A DNA stretch of 57,366 nt, the filler included, from Porpidia crustulata (Eukaryota), in assembly GCA_964255105.1 (NCBI GenBank). It is 7 parts of 7 records of this genome, joined end to end, with 100 filler letters (N's around TTAATTAATTAA, not from the genome) between each part and the next. Parts side by side here need not be neighbours in the genome. Positions count along the whole stretch, not along the records: positions 1 to 8,132 come from CAXUWE010001165.1; positions 8,233 to 16,357 come from CAXUWE010001166.1; 5 more parts are not named here. One strand, given 5' to 3'. Below, piece by piece: positions 1-14,010 of this stretch. The notes under the pieces are model-generated. The model ran no database searches. It was not told where the DNA came from and saw nothing but the letters and a program-made list of their open reading frames with translations. Positions within the stretch are counted from its first letter, which is position 1. Every line of letters starts with the position of its first letter. Both the position numbers and the translations under genes were made by a program.

Positions 1-1072
1 GGGTTGGGTTTGTAGGTGTGGTCTTTTTTTTGCGTGAGGAGGTGCACTGAATGAAGACGAGGGTGAGATTTTGTGGTTTTGTGGTTTTTGGGGGAATAGG
101 GGGAGTTTATTTTGGTAGCGCGTTGGGGTGGCTAGGGTTTCAGTGCGGTTGTTGATTTTTTTGTCATTGTTGTTATTGTTATTGTGGTCATTGTGTCGTT
201 GCTTTTGTTGTCGCTGATGTCGTTATTGCTTTTGCCGTTGTTATCATTGTCGTTGTTGTTGCTATTATCGTTGTCAAATTTTCGATCGCGATTGAATTGC
301 CAAACATTCACATTGGCGATCAATCAGGGAGCCCATTTCACACCAAAGACAAACAACCCATCATGACTGTTCTTACCCACCGCTTCCCCCTCTTCAACCA
401 CACACCTTGAACCCGAAAATTGCAACTATCTCATTTCTTGCCAGAATTTCCTCCCTTTCCTGCTTTCCTCTCTTTCGAAAAAAAGGTATTTCAATGATTT
501 TCAAGATAAGCATGTTGATAAAGGGCGAAACGGGTCAGGAACAGCTTGTAGAAAAGACGTCGAAGAGGGTGTTGATGCTTTTGATTGTAGCTGTCTCGTC
601 AATCTTGAGCGACGACGAGGTAGCTGGTTACGTCTTGCAGACGCACCTGCTAGGATCTGACTCTTATTGAAACGGGTCGACGAACTTGTTCATGCGCGGT
701 ACGAATTGGTTGGAGGGAAAAAATGTGGTTCTTGGTTCCACGATTTAAAAGGGATTCGGGATGAACGATGGCGGTGCTCACGGCCAAGGCGATATATTTG
801 GAGTAGGGGGCGAGAAAGATATGAATCTGTGTGTTAGTGCGTCTCACGAAGCGGATTGGGAATTTTGAAACCTGTCATATGCGCATGAAGAAGTGGGAGT
901 CAGATCTGGAATATTTTCGGTATGTTGTTTCAGGTTTTGGCAATCGTCAAAGCAAGTAGGAGAAAACGCGGAAAATAATATGCCAAGGTCGGGATTTATC
1001 GGACTTGACCCATGACCCATTCTCCTCTTTTAGCAAATTTCGTCCATAATATTCCTCCACAATTCTTGACTA

Positions 1073-1695
1073 CTATATCTCACTCCACGGCGCACGAACC
1101 CGCGTCAAAGCCTCGGCGGCTTCCATCTCCCGAAGTACTGCTAGCTCCCCGCAAGTAGCCGCGAGATCTCGGTAACACTTGGCAACGGCCGCTTTACGCG
1201 TTGCTGATGCTAATTCTGGCGTGACCGGCTGCGGTGTAGCATGTGGTGAAACTTCACTAGATATCGGAGGCGTGTAAGCGGTCTGATCTATAGCTGATAC
1301 AGCTGGCGCGGTTTCTGTTGACATAACCGTAGACAACAAGGTCGCTTCCGAGATTGGCAATGTTTCGAACTGCGGGTCTGTACGAAGGTGTCAATAGGAG
1401 GAATGAAGGAAGAGGGGAGTCACTGACCTGAGGTGGGTAGATACGGACTCGGGAACTCCGGAGCCATGAAGCCTGCGCATTGACGTTGGAAACTTGCGTT
1501 GATCTGTTCGAAATGGCCAGGGCACCGTGGCTTGGGCTTATGCGTGGGCACTGCGGCGAAATCGTTTTCTTTCTGCTTTGCCTGTTTGGCCTCAATGTGC
1601 AAGCTATTACATCTGGCGATGAATTCTGCACGAATTTGGGCAGAGTCCTTCGAGTCTGGCTCTGGAGTGACTGGAGCATCCTCTTGGTCCGACAT
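1073..1695 (-). CDS. Hypothetical protein, 2 exons (1695-1428, 1377-1073)
   Basis: ORFs 1420..1695 and 1073..1360 are joined in frame by a 50-bp intron 1427-1378 (GTCAGT...ATTGAC...TACAG). No family recognised. Confidence 0.5.
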
Positions 1696-3796
1696 TGTAG
1701 AAATGGGCTGAAATTATGAATCAGTGACTGGCTTCATCGAGTATACTTGTGCATAGTTGACCGTGTCTGATGGCAACTTGTAACGCTCAGTCTGAGACTG
1801 AGATACTCAGGTAAGATACTGTCGCTTGTGATAACCTTTTCTTCAAGGGTCTCGTTGGTGATGAAGGAAGACGGTGGAGTTGATCACGCTGAGCCCACCG
1901 AGCTCGGATAATTCGAAATGTGAGGCTTCAGGTAAGAAACCACGCAGGAGCGTATAGCAGCATAATGCTTACCTCTTATTGATGTAGCTAGATTCATGTA
2001 TTCGTCTTATCTTAGCGACGCAGGTATCATACACCAACGGCTTTGAGTGTGTGAGCGTAACGCTCTGCGGTCGGATGTGCTTCGCTTTATAATTGGCAGG
2101 TAATATGATTTACCTACCCAGATCTCAATAGCCGTCATACAGCCTCAGAGAAATCGCGACTGTTGGCTTAGGAAATTGAGCAATGTGGGAATGTAGGAAA
2201 CTTTCACCAAATAGGAAGGATTGTCATGGGCCATGATTCTCGGTTCTACCCTTTTCTCCATGACTTAGATGGACTGGGATAGGAAGTTACTTGTATTTTT
2301 CTACTCGCACGGAAATACACAAAAATATGACAGCAATGGTGTCTTTGAATGCATTTGGCGCCGACGCAAGCACTACCGTGAAGAGGTTTCCGGGACATAC
2401 GTAGGGGTCAGTTCCTCTCCAGTCGTTTCACTCGTCTCGAGTCAAAATGCATCTATCCTAGGGAAAGGTAATGCACAGCCTTAGGTTACGAAGTAAAGAC
2501 AGAAAGGGCCTACCTTATCACAGACAATCTATCTCTCGCACTCGCCAGGATTGCTTGGAAATTAAGTCCTGTGTTTATAGAGCACGTTTCGAAATTTCCC
2601 AGCTAGCAACGTAAATACTTAAACAAAACTTCTTCGTGTGCAGGTGAAAAGGCGCCTTCTATTGAATAAATTGACTCCGGCCTACTGATTAAACTTTTCC
2701 CGGAATGTTTCATATGTAAAGCAAAGAGGGGTATCTGGCTCCTTGTTGGTGATTGCAGCCATTCGTCTTCAAGATTGGCCAGGAAGGAATCGAAAGCGAC
2801 GTTAAGGTCATCTTGGTGTCATCACCTGCGACTATTAATGGCGCTTTTATAAAACCCGGCGTCTAGACTTACGCCGAGCACCACAGGGAAAGCCGAACCA
2901 CATAACGCTGCTGCTATCAAGTACATGTACAGCATCTCAGGTTTGCTTAAGTCTTTGGTGTCCTGATCGTAATTGACGGAACCGGTATATGTCAAGTACC
3001 CGGCAGTAACACCCTGCCGATATCGTCTCCGGTCGTAAGTGCGTCAGGCTAGATCCTGAATTTGATAATGGAACCGGGTATATTTGGGGCGAAGATGTTG
3101 AGATACAAACAAGCAAAGAGAAAAATTGAGACCGAAAGGCTGCGCCCGGATGACTGACGTACACACATGTATACATGATATGAAATCAATTCGGATTTCA
3201 TGCTCGTCTCGTAGACATCTCGATTCATCCCAGTCCAACGAAATTCTTGCACATCACCTTGTTCCCCTTCTTTGGTCCTTATGTGGCATTCGATTCGCCG
3301 AATTTGGTTCATACAGATGATGTCTTTGTCGAATGAAGAAGGCCCATGTGGCCTTGAAGTAAGACTGCACCGTTGTATGATGATGGGAGTACATTGGGAG
3401 CTTGCGCATCAAACGAGAGAGTTGTTAAAAGATAAGTGCGGCGATTTCGACAATCCGCTGACCGACTTCCGCGTATGTCCCGCTGGACATGCCAGAAGTT
3501 TCACCAGACATCTGAGCGTCCCAAAGATTAGCCCCGATATGCCGCGTGCAAGGGGCTCGCCTGGGTTGTAACGCTGCCGGTAGAATTAGCTGGCTAAAAA
3601 AGGTACGGTGGACCTCAATCTTCAGTGACGATAGAAGGGAGGTGATTCGGCGTATTCGTGAGCAATTGAGCAGAACAAGGATCACACTCGTCCTACCCTG
3701 GGCATTGATGATAGATAAAGGGCGGTCGCAAGGTAACGCATAGTCGAGAGAGATGATAGCTCTTGGGCGATCTTTCGCAATTCCCAGGACGCTTTT

Positions 3797-4861
3797 TCAT
3801 ACAACAGAAAAGGTTGAGTTGTCGCCCTCTATTCCATGCATATTTTTGATACTATTGAAATTGTCGGTCGTGTAGTATATCGCGGCGCACTTACTTTGTC
3901 CCGGGGCCGGATCAACTCCAAAAAGACCGTTACCGAATACCACAGCTTGGTTGGCCTTTGCATCGTCGAATAGGGTCTGATACACGCTCTGGTTCCTGAT
4001 CTCTTGCCCCTGCCATACCACACTAAGGATATGGAAGGTAGATGTTGTCGGTCCATAATTGGTGATTGTTTGAGCGTTGTTTGAGAGACTGACATCTCCC
4101 GGCTTGAGGGTGTACTGTCCTGTGTCCTTGCATACGGCGAAGGTCCGAACGTCAGTTTGATTGTTGCTGCCGAAGCGGTGCAGCAGGGAAAGACATTTGG
4201 CAAAGCCAGGCCTGGAAAGATCTTATAATTAGCGATGGGTTTTACTGCAGTTTACTCGACAAGTGGGAGTCCGATTCGGGCCCGACTTAGGGATAAGTGA
4301 AACCTTATCGTACAGATAGTAATCGTGGGTATGGGAGAGAAGTCGACTAGATACATACCAGTTGTCACTAAAGGGCAAGTCATCGAAATTAATCACAATG
4401 TTGTCTCCTTGACGAAGTTTTGATATTGCTTCCGCAGTGACGTCTGCACGGCCATAAACAGCGGAGAGGATGGTGAGGGAGGCGGTAGGAGATGGCGAGG
4501 AGGTCAGACTTGATGTTGGTGAAACAGAGGAGGTCAGACTCGATGTTTGGGAGGCAGAGGAGCTAGACGTTTGGCTTCCTTCATGGTTTGGTTTACTTTT
4601 TTTCACCCCGACTCCCACACCGACTCCGACAGCTACGCCTACAACGACAATGCAGATGAGAGCAAGAACGATCCAGAATCGCTTCGAACGCCGCTTGCCT
4701 CCTTGTGGTCCCATCTCCAAGGTCGTTACCATCAGCGGCGATTTGTCCACGGCATGTGGCTGGATGGGCTGCGGTTGATTTGCAGGTATGAGTCCGTCTT
4801 CATATCGAGGAGCAGCTTCAGCTAGGGAGCCCTGCAATTCAGGTAAGGGAGAGGCCGACAT
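3797..4861 (-). CDS. Type II single-pass membrane protein with a Ser/Thr linker and two SUEL/DUF3395-like lectin-fold repeats, 2 exons (4861-4359, 4211-3797)
   Basis: Basic patch KRRSKR followed by TM helix FWIVLALICIVVVGVAVGVGVGV, then an S/T-rich stalk. Intron 4358-4212 (GTATGT...GCTAAT...TTCCAG) gives DNW|PGFAK in frame with ORF 3797..4021. Repeat motifs are ILSAVYGRADVT...FSDNWPGFAKCL and ILSVVWQG...FGVDPAPGQSKCAAIYY. Confidence 0.7.
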
Positions 4862-7211
4862 CAGGGTGATTCAAGGGTCAACAGTGTCTTGAAGGCTTGG
4901 GGCAGAATGTAATGCGCGATAGTTGGATGATATTGAGCACAAATAGAAACTGGTGAAAAGGAAAGTTCAACGACGAAGGAAGATTGGAATCCTAGAACTA
5001 GCAGTAAACACATCGTATTAATCGGTTCACCAGAGGCGGGGCAAGAGTGAGACTAGGCGGCGCATGCGATTTGGGTATGGCCCGATTTGCAATAACATAG
5101 GTGGACATTATGATCCTTCGCGTGCTGCTACCGTTGTACCAAAACAAAGTCTAGAAGAGCTAAGCCAGTGACATCCGAGCTCGCCGAGCGGAGTCGACAC
5201 GTTGTGCGTTTTGATGCGTCGGACTGATTCTTTCCTGAAGCTCCCCGAGGAGCCATTCAGAGCAAGACAGTCTTGATAGCATTGATGATTGATGAAGCGG
5301 ACCTTGAGGCTGTTGTACATGAATCCTGTAGTGCAGGACTCAGACTAACCCCCATCAAGTTAGATCAACATTACTTCTCCGTCAAGCAGCACCCCTCTTG
5401 TATCAGATTCTACCAATGATTTCGCAATTGGATCAGTGCCTTCGTACGATGGTGTAGTTTACGTGAAAGTTGGGCGTAGTATCCGCAAGGCTACGCTAGG
5501 CTATCCCTCGGAAGGTCACCGACAGGGTTTTCCGGATCATGGCGTGGTTAAAAATGTGAGTGTCCTTCGGGGGCGAAGTCGCCCTGTTTGCCCGTTCGAC
5601 AAGCCACTTTATTCCTTCGTCTGCAATGTCCGAGTAGCGTTCACAGTTTGACCCAGAAAAGCAAGATCCCAGGTAGATCCGGCACCTAGGGAGATTTAGC
5701 TACGGCCTAGAGCATCCCCGAGCATGCATCCTTTAGGGATCAGCCCTTCCCACCATACCGATAGCCCAGGAACTCGGCCCTATGAAACTGCTGGGCTCAC
5801 TCCTCATCTTGGGTCCATAGTCAATTTATATCCTGTCACCCCGTGAAGAAGGTCGTGATTATGCATCTCCTGCGGCGTCGAAGGATTCTTCAGCTACCAG
5901 ATAAGCTGCCGGGTTTTAGCAGGACGGATGTAATACTGTGTCGTGAAGTTTGATGCTGTATATGGACAAGCCACTCTACCAAAGTCACTCTCTTTCTTTA
6001 GTCTCTTTCACTCTCTGTAATTTGCTGATCCTCTATCTTGATTATTCGTTCTCTTGTTGCACTTTCGTTGATTTAGGTCGAGAGACACAGTAATGATGTT
6101 GGTTCTTTTCTTCTTGCATAGCCAGGAAGGCATTTCACCAGAATACTGTATGATATCGAACGTGACTTTTACATCGAATAACTGACTAACGAAACCCTCG
6201 TCGACCAATGACCCTTTGAATATGGCCTTTCGACAATTTCAGCCATCTGTGAGACTATTCTTATTATTCATGGGGATCCAATTCGCAACAAAAGAACGTG
6301 ATCGATCTGTAGAGATCGAGAGTGACTTTTTCATAGACCAATGGAAAGCGAGATTCACAAAGAACCCTGATGACACGCCGACAGTCCAGCCAGCTCGGAA
6401 ACCCTGAGGCTCAGCTCTACCGCGACGGTGGTGTAATGCTTATAGCTATTATTGAAGCTAAGATACCTTACTCATACTAACTCCTCAATGGGACAGTTAA
6501 ACCCCTCAAAAATGGTGAGACCTAACCCTAGGCCGACTCTCCAGTTGGGGGTCCAAAAACACTGCTTCTGGTGCAGCAGCCACCTCGAGCTCAATTAATG
6601 AGCTGTCACGCTGTAATATACTCAATGTTGTGAACTGAAGATACACATTTTTCTGCCCTCGTGTATATTGATCGTTGCGTCTGTCAATCGAAATCCTATT
6701 CAAGGCCCCTCTTCAAGTTCTTGATCAAGTCCTTTCTCCAATCCTGGTCACGCTACTTATGTTCTCAAGATCTCAAGAGCTCGACGTACACCATAATGTT
6801 ATTATAAACAAGGTTCATTGAATAATTAAAACTTTCATAATCAAGATATGCATAATGTTTTAGAAAATTGTTCGATTATTTCAACAGCTTCAAATTACTT
6901 TACTCGCTCAATCCACCCGATATGAACAACTTGCTTTATCAGCGTTTCACGCAAGATGCAAGTTTTATCAGTCCGTCGATAATGGAACGTTTATCCAAAG
7001 GTTGAAATTGTCACATTGCGACATCTGTCGTGTCCTGTTGCGTGCTTTGATGAACACGATCTGCGGTTGGCTGCAGGCCTGCGTGCCCCCCGACGCAGCC
7101 GAGGGCAAGAGAAGGGCATGCATTATGCTCGATAACGCTTAAGACCTAGGCATGGTCCTCACGGAATGCCGAGAAAGACGCTCATCTGTTTTGAACGTAA
7201 CTCGAGCGTGA

Positions 7212-8132
7212 ATGAAGCGAGACGCGAGAATCAAAAATGTCGCCGTGATCGGGGGAGGGATCAGTGGTGTCTCAGCGGCTGCTCACCTTCTTAAACAAGG
7301 CCTTGACGTCGTCCTGTTTGAAAGATCAAGCATTTGCGGAGGCGTTTGGCATTTTGATTCCAGAGCAGCACCAGACCCGGCATTCCCGAATGAGAAACCG
7401 TCGGTTGGGGACTATGAAGTTATACCTGAGGATACCTACGGTACTCTGCCTCCCGAGCCGGAGGATCTCGATGCCATGGAGGTGTCTCACGCCCCCCCCG
7501 GTCCATGTTATGCCGGGCTCAAGAACAATGTTTCGACTCCGCTCATGCGGACCACGTTGGGAGCCTGGCCGCCCGGAACACCCGACTTTGTGTCCCAGAA
7601 GGTGATTGAGGAGTACATCCAGCATATCTCGGAAACGAACGGGGTAACGGCCATCACAAAGTACAACACCCGAGTCGAGAACGTGCAAAAGCAGAACGAC
7701 GTCTGGAAACTCCGGACGACAAGCCTATCCAAAACCCCATCCGGCCCACGCATCCAAGAGCGCACCTCGTATTTCGATGCCGTCGTCGTGGCTTCTGGTC
7801 ATTACAACATGCCTCGCATACCCGACACGCCAGGCCTAAGCGAATGGAAAGCGTTGCGCCCAGACCGCGTCCAGCACTCCAAAAGCTACCGATCCCCCCA
7901 GGAATTCACCCGAAAAACAATCCTCCTCATCGGCGCCGGCGTCTCCTCCTGCGACATCGCCCGCGAATCCAGCCCTTACGCACAGCACATCTACCAGAGC
8001 TCCCGAGGCAGCGCCCTAGACCTCCCAGCAAGCTTCCTGCCCGCAAACGCAACCCGCATCGGCGCCATCCGCTCCTTCGACGTGGCCGCCGACACGCACC
8101 CCTCCACCCTTGCCTCAATAACCCTCCACAAC
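7212..8132 (+). CDS. Flavin-containing monooxygenase (FMO-like), 3'-truncated by contig end
   Basis: FAD motif VAVIGGGISG, GGVW, FDAVVVASGHY, FMO fingerprint variant RVQHSKSYR and NADPH motif LLIGAGVSSCD. Confidence 0.9.
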
Positions 8133-8232
8133 NNNNNNNNNNNNNNNNNNNNNNNNNNNNNNNNNNNNNNNNNNNNTTAATTAATTAANNNNNNNNNNNN
8201 NNNNNNNNNNNNNNNNNNNNNNNNNNNNNNNN
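8133..8232. other. Artificial contig linker (N44-TTAATTAATTAA-N44)
   Basis: 100-bp spacer with stops in all six frames, identical at all six junctions. Confidence 0.98.
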
Positions 8233-11200
8233 GGCGGCGTTGGGGGGGAGGTTTGTGCCGAGGGTTTCGTCGAAGGCGGAGACGGGGCCCATGCAGTGCA
8301 GGGGTGCGGCGTCATCCGCGGGCTGCTGGTCTTCTCCGGGGGGGGAGGAATCGTCATTGTAGGAGTATTTGAGCATGCGCCACACTTCGCCGTAGCACTG
8401 GACGTAGACTTTGCCGTCTTCCATGTTCCGGTCGGCTTGCAGGGTGAGCAGCCAGTCTGTCAGATGCGGTCTGGCGCATAATTGCCAGGTTCGGGGCGCT
8501 TTGCTGGTCAGAATTATAAGGCGGAACCAAGTAAGGATCCTGGCTGCTTCGGACGGTCGATGTAGGAAAAGGCTATCTGTGAGCAAGAGCGCGGCTCCAT
8601 GCGGAAAAAGTCGGTTCAAATGCGGATCTGGAGCTAGTGGCGAAGCAGTCATGTTGGTATTCCATACGTTGATGGGTTTTCTGAGCACGCGGGATAGATT
8701 CGGGATGCGCCAGAGGTCGAAGAAATCTTCGTGGATCTATGTTTACGTATCAGCGACCTTCTTGGGTGTGGCAAGGGATAGGAAGGCTTACAAGAATGAC
8801 CCCAGCATCAACCCGCGTCGAGAAATACTCCCATGCGCCTTTAATGTCAAATATAAATATGTTGCTTGCTTTATTGTGCTCCAGAAACTGAATGACAATA
8901 TCACGCTCTTTGTCCTTCGAAGCCGGAAATATTAAGAAGAAATTTTGCATGTCCGATGTTTTAGCTAAAGTGGTTGGTGCCGCCAGTCTTGAATATTCGA
9001 TATGATACATGACTCGGAATATTGCATTAATGCCACTTTCGCCATCTTTGACCGAGGTGGTCGGAGTAATGGCTTCGGTATTAGACGTGTTTCTGTCAAT
9101 TGTGCCAACCAAGTGGTCTATTGGCTCATCATATATTAGCTCTGGGAAAGCGCCGACCATCAAAAAGCGTAACTTTGCCTCACTAGGATGAACAGGAAGC
9201 TTTTCGTCCAAGAAAGCCCAATCGTCAGTAGCAGAGGGATATATCAGGATGGAAACGTCCTTCTCCAGGAACAATCCGCCAGACGCATTCATTTTGAGCA
9301 CTTCAGCCATCACATTTGCACCTTCCTCCGTCTGAGGAAATGGTGCTATGTAACCAGAGCACCCCCCTTGTCCCTATTGTACGAGTCAGCATGACTACTG
9401 CTAAATAACGTGGAGGCTTTACTCACCGCATAAAAGTGAGCTTTGAAATCTTCTGCATGAATGATCTGGCGAAACCAGATGTAAAGATCTCGAGATGCGC
9501 TTTTCATACCTAGAAGCTGACGCTTCGCATAAGCCTCGAGCCCTCTGAATCGAACAGCTCCGAGGGCTAGCCTATCTTGCCCAAGGTGAATTGTTGCATT
9601 CACTTGAAAGGGATCAAATGCGTTGTAGGGTACAATTTTGGGCGTATGTGAATCAGCGGCTGTGACTGGCTTTGTAATTCTTGGCTTTTCGCGTTGTGTA
9701 TATTCTTGGGTTGGTGATTGCCTTATCACATGCTGTGGGTTCGTGGATGTAGGAAATCTGTTAACGTAAACATTTGATGACGTCTCAGTACGAGGGGACA
9801 GCACTGAGCCGGCTCTTGGAATTGCCTGGTCATCAAATTGGATGGCCTGCTCTTTATCATCAAGAGCAGCTGGTAGACTTTGGACATTGCCAAGTGGCGA
9901 TAAGGATGTATTGTTATTAGCAAGCGCTGATCCCCTTTGCTCCTTAGGGAGACTCTCTTGATACAACTCGAAAGGTGTCTTGGTTGCTTTGGCAGCTTCT
10001 TTGATCACCGGCGATGGAAGAGATGGTTTTCGCAAGAAATCCTTCGGATCTCTGAGCGTTAAACTTTCAAGATTGGGTGCGCGTTCAGTCCGGCTAGCTT
10101 TCTCATATCTTCTTTTCGTCGAGAGCTTACTAAATCTCTCAGGTGGTTTGTCAATGTCAATCGGACCGTTCTGCAGTGGTAGCTGCTTTCTCCGGGGTTT
10201 CAAAACAGCGTTCCAATTTGCAAGAACAGCTGCTCCACTGACTCGTGGCTTCTTGCTAGCGCTTTTCAATTTCCGATCCGGCGCCAGTCGTAAAGGACCT
10301 CGGCCAACGCTTCCCATTTGGCTATCATTTTGAATGGAGACAGGTTTTCTGACAGGCTCAACTCGTGGTATCATTTGTGCCGTCAATACCTTTGGTTGAG
10401 GCATCGCACCCCCAAACCCAACATCTTTCGGACTTGCCCGGGTCAGGTTCAGTCCTTTAGGTCTCTCGGCTAAGGGCTTGCCTTGGTCGACAAGGCTACG
10501 AAGTTGAGTGGGCTTCTTGGTTTGCTGATCTACTACTTTCGAGTTAGACTCTTGAGTCTCATCCGGCATTGGTCCTTCAATTGAAGCTATATCTTTATCC
10601 CCGCCAATCCGATCGGTACTTCCAGATTTCCCAACCGTTCTGTCCTTACATTCGTTGCCAGCGAACCTGAGGTACTGCGGAACCTCTCTTCCGCTCTTGA
10701 TATAGTCCATTCTGAGCTTTAACGTCTTGGCTTCAAGATCGAGAGCATCCTTGTCCTTCAACTCCTGACTATTCGTCCCCGTGGGGCCAAACAAGCCGAG
10801 GATCTGATGCCAGAAAGGACCCTTCACGGTCTCGAGACCAACCTTTAGCGTGGTCTCTTCTTTGGGTGTCCATGTTCGATTAAGCCTTACTGGTAAGGTG
10901 GACTTAGTAGATACGGGACTTTCGCCAACAGGGCTACTCAAATCTCGACTTGCTATTGTAGAAGACCTCCGCCGTTTTTTGAGCGGTATATCAGAATCAC
11001 TGTCGCCCTGGTCGAGCGCCTCGTTGAACTCTTGGTCGCTACTGTCGCCTTCATTCTCAGAATTGCCTGTCAGGCCTAGGCTGATTTTCTTAGCTCTCCG
11101 ACGTGCTTTGCGCCTCTTAGTTTCCTCTGTCCAATTTTCAACCCTCAACTCCAAAGCGTCGACATCGTAAGGTGGATCAAGGCCTCTACTTATGCGCATC

Positions 11201-11436
11201 TTCCGATTTTGCCAGTCGTGGAACGTCTGTCCATCTTGGAAGCTGGATACAGGTTCCCAGGTACACCGCTCATCTGGGTATCCTTCCCATTTGACGAGAT
11301 ACCAAGCATCTCCATCTATTAACCTCTCGGCTATAATACCCTCAATTGGATACTTATCCTTCGGCTCACTCGGTGCTGTTGATGTGAGAGAAATCGAATC
11401 ATCATCATCTGATAGTGGCGATGCCATCGCTTTCAT
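8233..11436 (-). CDS. Chromodomain protein (Pezizomycotina Chp1-like) with an internal Tbf1-type Myb/telobox domain, 3'-truncated; exons 11436-9427, 9373-8792, 8736-8233
   Basis: Chromodomain YPIEGIIAER...WYLVKWEGYPDERCTWEP at about 11355-11200. Introns 9426-9374 (GTGAGT..GCTGAC..TAG) and 8791-8737 (GTAAGC..GCTGAT..TAG) join three ORFs in frame. C-terminal block RLFPHG..LLTD...ILTWF...WQL..RP resembles fungal Chp1-like proteins. Confidence 0.85.
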
Positions 11437-12884
11437 TCCTGGTGTTATGACGAAAACTGTATGTCAAAACATGGAGTGCCAACGTCCTTTCTCCTTATAC
11501 CCTTTGCGATAGTTTAATGCTAATCTAGGGATCTCAGGCTACCTGTAATATGTTCGAGTGCATACAAGTCCAACTATCTACTGAATACCACGATCGTTTT
11601 AGCACACTGGCAACTGATCCCAAATATGTAGACTCAGAGTTAGCGACTTCATTAATTAGGAATACGGAAAATTCTTGCGCTCCTTGCTATGATCAGGTCA
11701 TGGGAACAGTCATGCAATTCTATGTCATAGCAAGAGTAAGTTAATGGATTACTTTGAAAGGTGTATAGATAAGGTTGAAGTTTCAAGGTCTGAAATAAAC
11801 ATGACCGTTCAATGCACGTATTTGAGTGTTGTCTGCTAATCAGTTGGCAAATTTGGCCCCTGGACCGGTGCTGTAAGACATGAGATGAATGAATGAGACT
11901 AGGGAAAAGGATGGCATACCTTTAGCAGGACTGCGCTTTTGCCGCTTCTTACAAGCCTTTGAAACGGGGAAATTTCTAAGCTCTTGACAGTGAAGGAAGA
12001 AGCCAGATATTAGACTCACCCTGAAATTCATGCGTCACCCATTTTTCATCTGAGTGTTTCGATGATGCTTCTTGTCGAGAACGCTGAGACCAGGCAGATT
12101 GGAGGTGGTACACTGATGGGTAATGAAATTGGTAACCGTTGATCTTTAAAGATTTCTTTGACCAAATATCACTTGTCTCACCATCCAAAGAGTAGATCAA
12201 CACTTTCGTATCCTGCTCATACACAGATATCCATGGAAGCGATCTCTGACTGGAAATCAATCGGTGGGCTTATTTTTTACAGACAGCTCCTCAGGCAACT
12301 CAGTAAGAGAGAGTTCAACCCTCTGACGGATCGACTTGAGGCAAGCAATTGCGGAAACATGCATCGAAGAACGTTAGGCGTAGAACAAGCCCTCGACTTC
12401 GCCAATTATCACAGACCGGTCAATCGCAGTTCAGCTCAGCACAAGGTGAGCCTCACATGGAATAGGAATAGTAGTCCCAAAGGTGCACTCCTAATACAAA
12501 TGACTCAAAAGATGCATTTGCTCCTAGAATTCACCGCTTTTTGAATCAATGCCGCATAATTGATATTGAAAAGTCATTCGTGTAAGAGCAACTTTGCGCA
12601 GTGCAGGACGTGTTCCACAATCACCTCGGAAAAGTAGCAAGAACCAAAACCATACTAGAGGTCTCGGAGCTTTAGAACAGGGAATTGACGTGATTTCGGG
12701 CTCGTCCGCATCATCTTCTTACCGGTCATTATTTGCAAGGTTATTCAAATTATGAGCAATACTTTGCAGAATAATGAAGTGAAAGGCAAAATGTCAATAT
12801 ATAGGGCTGAGCTGATGCACCAATCGATTGGGCCCTGCTGCCTTATGTAATTATTTAGTCATGGAGTGGACAGGCCGCAAATAG

Positions 12885-14010
<1,126 letters not shown>

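Noticed and set aside
1..300. Telomeric or coding repeat at the window start (ORFs 132..323, 184..366)
   Set aside because: Low-complexity G/T-rich sequence with no TTAGGG array. The ORFs are by-products of TTG-like repeats.
5660..5800. Cluster of short hairpins as a possible ribozyme or ncRNA
   Set aside because: Only 7-8 bp stems and no hammerhead, HDV or snoRNA core motifs. Consistent with chance.
8177..8188. Recurrent TTAATTAATTAA palindrome as a biological motif
   Set aside because: It is always centred in N44 spacers and is an assembly linker with stops in six frames.
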